A stretch of DNA of 64,000 nucleotides, taken from NCBI GenBank assembly GCA_025558095.1, contig JAIVFI010000003.1:992001-1056000 (forward strand), written 5' to 3'. Positions 58,146 to 64,000 of the stretch are shown piece after piece. The translations under genes were made by a program, and so were the position numbers. The notes below the pieces were generated by a model, which saw nothing but the letters and a program-made list of their open reading frames with translations, did not search any database and was not told the origin of the DNA. The stretch is from Hyaloraphidium curvatum SAG 235-1 (taxonomy: Eukaryota > Fungi > Monoblepharomycota). Positions within the stretch are counted from its first letter, which is position 1, and each line of letters begins with the position of its first letter.

Positions 58146-59340
58146 CTACAGCTTCGGGGCCTCGGCAAAGTCCCTGGCCTCGTCCACGGTCAGCACGGCC
58201 CGGAACCGGATCGTGTTGTTGCGCACGACCTCGATCGCCTTGTTGCAGTCGCGCAGGGGGAAGAGCTCCACCCAGGGCACGATCTGCTTGGCGGCGCAGA
58301 GCTCGAGCATCTCCTGGACGACCTTGACGGGACCGATGGCCGATCCGACAATCTGCAGAACGGCGTCAGAGGCAGGTCAACGACGCGGGCGAGAGCCCAA
58401 CGCACCTGCTTCTCGCCCCCGATCAGCAAACCCGCGCCCAGCTCGATCGGCTTCTCCGGCGCCCCGACGACAATGGCCGTCCCGCGGGCCTTGAGCAGCG
58501 ACATGTACTTGCTGTACGACACGATGTCGTTGGCATTGGCCGTGATGCAGAGCAGGTCCATCTTTCGCTGCCACTTGAGGAAGTCCTTGGACCCCTTGCC
58601 CGTCGAGATGTACTCGTCCGCGCCGAGCTTGAGCGCGTCCTCGCGCTTGGCCGCCGACGACGAGATGGCGACCGTCGTCGCGCCCAGCGCCTTGGCGAAG
58701 AGCACGCCCAGGTGGCCCAGGCCGCCGATGCCGACCACCCCGACGACCTTGCCGGGGCCGGCGCCCCACCGGACCAGGGGGGAGTAGACGGTGGCGCCGC
58801 CGCAAAGGAGGGGGGCGGCGTGCTCGGGCGCGAGGTTGGGGGGGATGCGGAAGACATGCCGGGCGTCGGTGCGCACGCGGTTGGCGTAGCCGCCCTGGCT
58901 AACGAAGCCGTCCCTGCGATGCCATTGTGTCAGCGATCGACAGGAGAGAGTCGCGCGCAAAGAACCCACTCGAACGTGCTCTGGTACGTCCCGACCTGCC
59001 TCGGGCAGTTGTTGTCCATCCCGTTGGAGCATTCGTAGCAGTCGGCCCTCCAGCACGCCCTGCTCTGCGCGCCTACGCCGACGCACGCGCCCAGCTGGTG
59101 CTGCGTGACGGAGAAGCCCTTGGCGACGACGGTGCCCACAATCTCGTGGCCGACCGTGCAGGGGTACTTGGTCGGGCCCCACCCCGAGTCGATGGTGTGG
59201 ATGTCGCTGCCGCACACGCCGCAGTGGGTGATCTTGATCTCGACGTCCATGTCGCCGAGCGGGCGCGGCTTGTAGGCGTGCCGCTTCAGCGGGGTGTCCT
59301 TGGAGAAGGCCGACCACGTCTGGAACAGTTCCTCGGCCAT
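58146..59340 (-). CDS. NADP-dependent Zn alcohol dehydrogenase (ADH6/cinnamyl-AD type); 2 introns
   Basis: CGVCGSDIH, GHEIVG, four-Cys structural Zn site, QGGYA, APLLCGGATVYSPL, GIGGLGH and RFRAVL. Ends PKL. Confidence 0.92.
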
Positions 59341-59798
59341 CTTTCCCGTGCTCGGCGGGGCGAACGTTCGCGTGCCGTGCAGATGTGAGGAACGACCGAT
59401 TGGAGGTCGGGAGCGGCCTGTGGCACCCGGCAACGGGGGATTGGAGACAATCTGACGGGGGAGATTTTGCGGGCGGCTGAATGCCTTGCCGAGGATTACA
59501 TCGCGCCGATCGCGCCTTATGGCGCCGGAAACGCCAGAAAGCAGGTTCTCCGAGCGACGCTGGTGCGGATGGATTGATTCTCGAAAGCAGGCCGTCCAAC
59601 GCCGTTGCTCACTTGGCCGGTGACGACCCGACTTGCCGAGTGACGTTGACTTGACATCCCGCAATCGTCAGCAACTTCCATAGACAGGGCCTCACATTCT
59701 GTGCGAGCACGTCACCTTCAGGCTCTAGAGGTAGAGTTACACCACAAGCACCGTCCAGATGTTTGAGTTCGCGAGCGTCCCCCGCCGGCGCCCCCGCC

Positions 59799-60815
59799 TC
59801 ACCCCGGACACACCGTCTCGGGCGTGAACCCCACCCCCGCCCCCCTCAGCAGCGACCACAGCGCAACCGCCACCGTAACGACCGTCACCAGCATCCCCCG
59901 CACGACGGCATACGACACCCTGAACCCCAGCCACGCGCCGCGGACCTCCTCCGCGGGCTCGAAGGCCGCCAGCATCCCCGCGTGGTCCTCGAGCGCGCGG
60001 CGCACGGCGTCGGGGACGCCGCGCCGCCCGGCGGCGACGAGGAAGGAGGTGCGGTGGGAGCGGTACAGCGCCGCGATGCGGTCGTTCTCGGCGTTGGCCG
60101 CGGCGACGCTGAGCATCTCCTGGGTAAACACGAGCAGGAACAGCACGGCGAGATCGAGGATCCAGAAGGGCACGCAGGATGAGGAGGCGGCGGTGATGAC
60201 GGCGCAGACGGGGATGAAGCAGGCGAGGGCGGCGAGGGAGGCGCGGCCGGAGGAGATGTGGGCGAGCTCGGTGGGCCAGGTGCGGACAAGGGAGAAGTGA
60301 TAGGAAACGTAGGGTTTATCCGCGGGGGGCGGCGGGGCGGAGCCGCGCGCGGCGCAATCTCGGAGGCGGGCAAAGGTGTCAAGGAGCATCAAGTCCGAGG
60401 CACGTTGCCGCAGCCGGCCCTGCAGCCGCGAAAGGGGGGTACTGGGGTTATTCCAAGCAAAGAGTAGCGACGCCGTTGAGCACCCACGTGGCCGGGATCG
60501 TCAGCACGGAGCCGCATACGGCGGCGAGCAGGCGGTACGCCGTCCACCGCGCCGACCCCGCGAGGGCGAGGTGCACGCGCGTGAGGCCGCGCAGAAAGGG
60601 GTCGTTGGAGAGGCCGTCGAGCAGCGCAGCGGCGTCCATCAGCGGGTCGGGCAGAGCGGCGCTCGCCGGATCGGCCCGTGCTCGACGTCCCTCTCGCCTC
60701 CTTTGGAAGACGCGTCCACGCCGTCCGCGCCCGCCGGAAAAAGGGCACGCTCTTCGGCCCGCGACAGGCGGAAGGGCGGCGGGCCGTCCATTGCGCCGGC
60801 ATTCCCGCCCTCCAT
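59799..60815 (-). pseudogene. 7TMIC/GRL-like family copy D: frameshifts plus internal deletion
   Basis: N-motif FRLSRAEERALFP, then a frameshift to DPLMDAAALLDGLSNDPFLRGL. TM1 joins out of frame to WNNPSTPLSRLQGRLRQR. C-terminus WLGFRVSYAVVRGMLVTVVTVAVALWSLLRGAG..ETVCPG is intact. Confidence 0.75.
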
Positions 60816-60935
60816 GGAACCGCCGATATCGCGGGAGGCAGGAGGCGCGTCGAGTAGTCGCGCTACTGGGAGCCGCGACCCAACAAACAAACGACAACTA
60901 CCCCTCTCTGGCCTCTTTCCCGCCCCCGGTCGGCA

Positions 60936-62558
60936 ATGGAGGTCGCTCCGGGCACGAACCCGGCGCTCCTGTCGGCACTCCCGCCCGACACGCCGCTGCC
61001 GCTGGCGGCCGACCGCTCCCCGGCCTTCCGGATCGTCGTCGGCAGCTACGAACGATTCCTCTACGGCATCGACGCTGCCTGGGCCGAGGACGGCGATAAA
61101 GGGGAGGACGGCGCGGAGGGAGCTTCGAACGATGACGACGGCGGCGCCGAGGGCGCCAAGCACCGGGCACTTTCCCCCTCGGGCCTGCCCCGGCTCACCC
61201 TCCACCCCCTCTTCATCCACCCGGCCCACACCTCCTGCATCAAGGCCCTCGCCCTGCACCCTTCGGGCCTCCTCGCCTCGGGCTCCACGGACGAAACCAT
61301 CCGGCTGCACTCGCTCCCCCGCAAGAAGGAGCTCGGCACGCTGCTCGCCCAGCGCGGCACCATCACCGCGCTGCGGTTCCACGGGAACCACCTGGTGTCG
61401 GCGGCCGAGGACGGGAGCGTGGCGGTGTACAGGAGGAAGGACTGGGAGTGCGTCAAGGAGCTGGACAGCGGGAAGAAGAAGGAGGGGGCGGGGGTGCGCG
61501 ATTTGGCGGTGCACCCGAGCGGGAGGCTGGCTCTGGGGATCGGCGCGGACCACGCCCTGAGGTGGGTTTCTTCCTTCCAGGATTCCTCTTTCTTTGTTTG
61601 CTGACGAACATTCGGTTCAAGATTGTGGGACCTGACTTCGGGCCGGCTCACCCTCACCCTGCCGCTGCCGAAACCGCACACCCCCCTGAACCTCCCCGAC
61701 CGCGTCCTCTTCTCCGCCTCGGGCGACCGCTACCTCCTCCTCTACCAGAACCGCATGGAGGTACACGACCTCTTCCCCTCCGCCGAGGGCTCCGGCAAGA
61801 CCCTGATCGACGCCCCGCCCCGTGTCAAGCTCACCTGCGCCGCGTTCCTCCCCCGCGGGCCGGGCATCGAGCCGCCCGCGGACCTCGTGGTCGGGACCGA
61901 ATCCGGACACCTGCTGTTCTACGACCTGGCCAGCCCCGGGGCGCCCAAGGCCGAGTTCAGGGACCATCCCGGCCGCGTGAAGCTCGTCGAGCCGCTGGCG
62001 GTGCCGCACCCCTCCGAGCCCGGGGGGGTGCTGCAGCTGCTGATCACCGCGGCGTCGACGGGCATCGTGCACGTGCGCGCGCTGCCCGTGGAGGGCGGCG
62101 AGCCGGCCCCGCTGGCCGCGTATCCGACCCGGTTCAGGCCGACGTGCATGGTTGCGGGCGTCGCGGGGGCGAAGCCGATCGAGGTGCCCGTGGTGGGCGC
62201 GGAGGAGAAGAAGAGCAAGAGGGAGGAGAAGAGGGAGATGTGGGAGCGCAAGATGAAGGAGAGGGGGGCGGGGGGGAAGAGGAAGGCCGAAGAGGGGGCG
62301 GAGGCGCCGGCCAATAAGCGGGCCGCGGGGGAGAAGCAGGGCCCGAAGGCTGCTCCGGCGGCACCGCAGGCCAAAGGGAAACCGACAAGCAAGCCGGCAA
62401 AGGGCTCGGAAAAGGACTCGGTGCCACTTGCCGGCAAGAAGGAGGCGGGGAAGAAGCAGGCAAAGGGGCCGGGATCGGGCGCCTCCGGAGCCGCGAAAGC
62501 CGGGCTGGCGGCGCCGCAGAAGCCCAAGCCCAAGGCAAAGATGTCGATCAGGTCATAG
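60936..62558 (+). CDS. MAK11: WD40 ribosome-biogenesis factor MAK11/PAK1IP1; intron 61562-61621
   Basis: IVVGSYERFLYG, FIHPAHTSCIKALA, LASGSTDETIRL..KKELGTL, LAVHPSGRLALGIG and Lys-rich tail. Confidence 0.9.
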
Positions 62559-62726
62559 TGATCGATTTCCAATACAATGAGGAGCCTTCAAGCTAGCTAG
62601 CAAGACGAGTCGTGATTGATCCGCTGCGTGACATCGTCCCTGCCGGCCTGCTCCGCGCCTTGCTCCTGAACTCGCGTTCCGTTCCCCGCGCCCACCCCTC
62701 CCGGCATCCGCCCGGCGCGCGCGGCG

Positions 62727-64000
62727 ATGGTCAACTCGCCGGCATCGCCCGCGACGCCGCCCGACTCGGCGGTGGCGGCGTCGCCCCAGCTGGGCGCCAT
62801 CGCGGCCGACGCGGGCGGCGGCGACTCGCCGCAGATCAACGGCCGCCGCTTCTCCGTCTTCTCCAAGGAGACGCTGCTGCCCGCGCTGGTGCGAAGCGTG
62901 CCGCCGCCGCGGAGGGCGGTTCTGACGTGTTCCGTCGCGGTGCCTGTCCCCCGCCACCGCACCCGGACTGCCACGCGTTGCAGCGCGGACGGATAAAGGG
63001 CGCTGTGCTGCCGCCGCATACGAAGGGGTACGCTGCGATCGTTCATCGCCCCTGGAAAATTGCCCTGACCGTCGCTGGCTCAGCTACGAGGAGTCCCTGC
63101 TCATCTACAACGGCGCCGTCACCGCCAAGCCGGCCGTCGTGATCCGCCCCTACGACTCGAACGATGTGGCCAGGTGCGTCTCGGCGCCCTACTTTCAACA
63201 CACACGGGCATGTTGCTCATCCTGCTTGCCCCTCAGCGCCGTCCGCGTGGCCAAGGACTTCGGCCTCACCATCTCCGTCCGCTCCGGCGGCCACTCCGCC
63301 ACCGGCAAATCCATCCAGGGCCAGATCGTCCTCGACCTCTCCCGCACCATGAACGCCGTGTGGGTCCTCGAGCCCGACCCGACCCACCCGGACCCGTACG
63401 TGCGCTTCGACGGCGGCGCGCGCGTGGCAGACATCGACGAGATCATCGCGCGGAGGGGTTACGTGACCCCGCTGGGGACGTACCAGGGCATCGGCGTGGG
63501 GAGCGTGTTGGGCGGCGGGGTGGGGTACCTGAGCAGGCAGCTCGGGCTGAGCATCGACCAGGTGGTCGAGGCCGAGGTGGTCACCTCCGAGGGGCAGATC
63601 ATCGTGTGCAGCGCAAAGGACAACCCAGGTGGGTTGGGCGTTGCCGCCTGCTGGAATGCTCGGTGTGCCAACCCCCATTTCCTCGGGCAGACCTGTTCTG
63701 GGGGATCCGCGGGGCCGGATCCAACTTCGGCATCGTCACCTCGGTCGTCATGAAGCTCCGCAAGCTGCGCTCCGTCTACTCGGGCATGGTCATCTACCCC
63801 ATGCAGACGGTGGAGAGCGCCAAGGACTCGCTGGCCAAGTGGGCGAGGTTCATGGGGCCCAGCACGCCGGACCAATTCACGACGAGCGCCAAGCTGGGCT
63901 GCGACGCGCACGGGGCGCCGGTGATCCTGTTCAGCTTCTGCTACGCGGGAAGCGAGGTGCGTGGCCGCGCTGGGGCCGCTTTTCTTGAGCTGATCCGTCT
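62727..64000 (+). CDS. FAD-linked oxidoreductase (BBE/6-hydroxy-D-nicotine oxidase family), truncated by window end; >=4 introns
   Basis: YNGAVTAKPAVVIRP..DVA, VRSGGHS (covalent FAD His), LGGGVGYLSRQLGLSID and DLFWGIRGAGSNFGIVT. Confidence 0.88.

Overview
GC-rich, gene-dense eukaryotic DNA with short (mostly ~50-125 nt) spliceosomal introns (GTG[GC]G donors, CTGAC branch points, YAG/AAG acceptors). Gene content and style suggest an early-diverging zoosporic fungus (chytrid/monoblepharid-like; inference). About 30 protein-coding loci are present. Housekeeping genes: TAF12, D-2-hydroxyglutarate dehydrogenase, NIPA, RMND5/Gid2, LTO1, MTD1, a DEAH helicase, USP16/45-like and OTU deubiquitinases, PGI, GWT1, ADH6-like, MAK11. 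Two apparently lineage-expanded families show birth-and-death turnover. (1) Four copies of a 7-TM protein whose architecture resembles the insect Gr/Or-type 7TM ion-channel (7TMIC/GRL/DUF3537) superfamily: two intact, two decayed. (2) Four intronless copies of a protein with an unrecognised domain and a C-terminal MYND finger: one intact, three decayed. Other notable items: a styrene-oxide-isomerase (StyC)-like membrane protein, a signal-peptide kinase, a mosaic surface protein with bacterial-like modules, a ~45-aa TAF12 motif reused in an orphan gene 47 kb away, a decayed 140-bp triplication, and a C-rich-to-G-rich gradient that resets at introns. No rRNA, tRNA, CRISPR or recognisable transposase was seen. 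Exon boundaries were read by eye, and family assignments rest on remembered motifs, not database searches.
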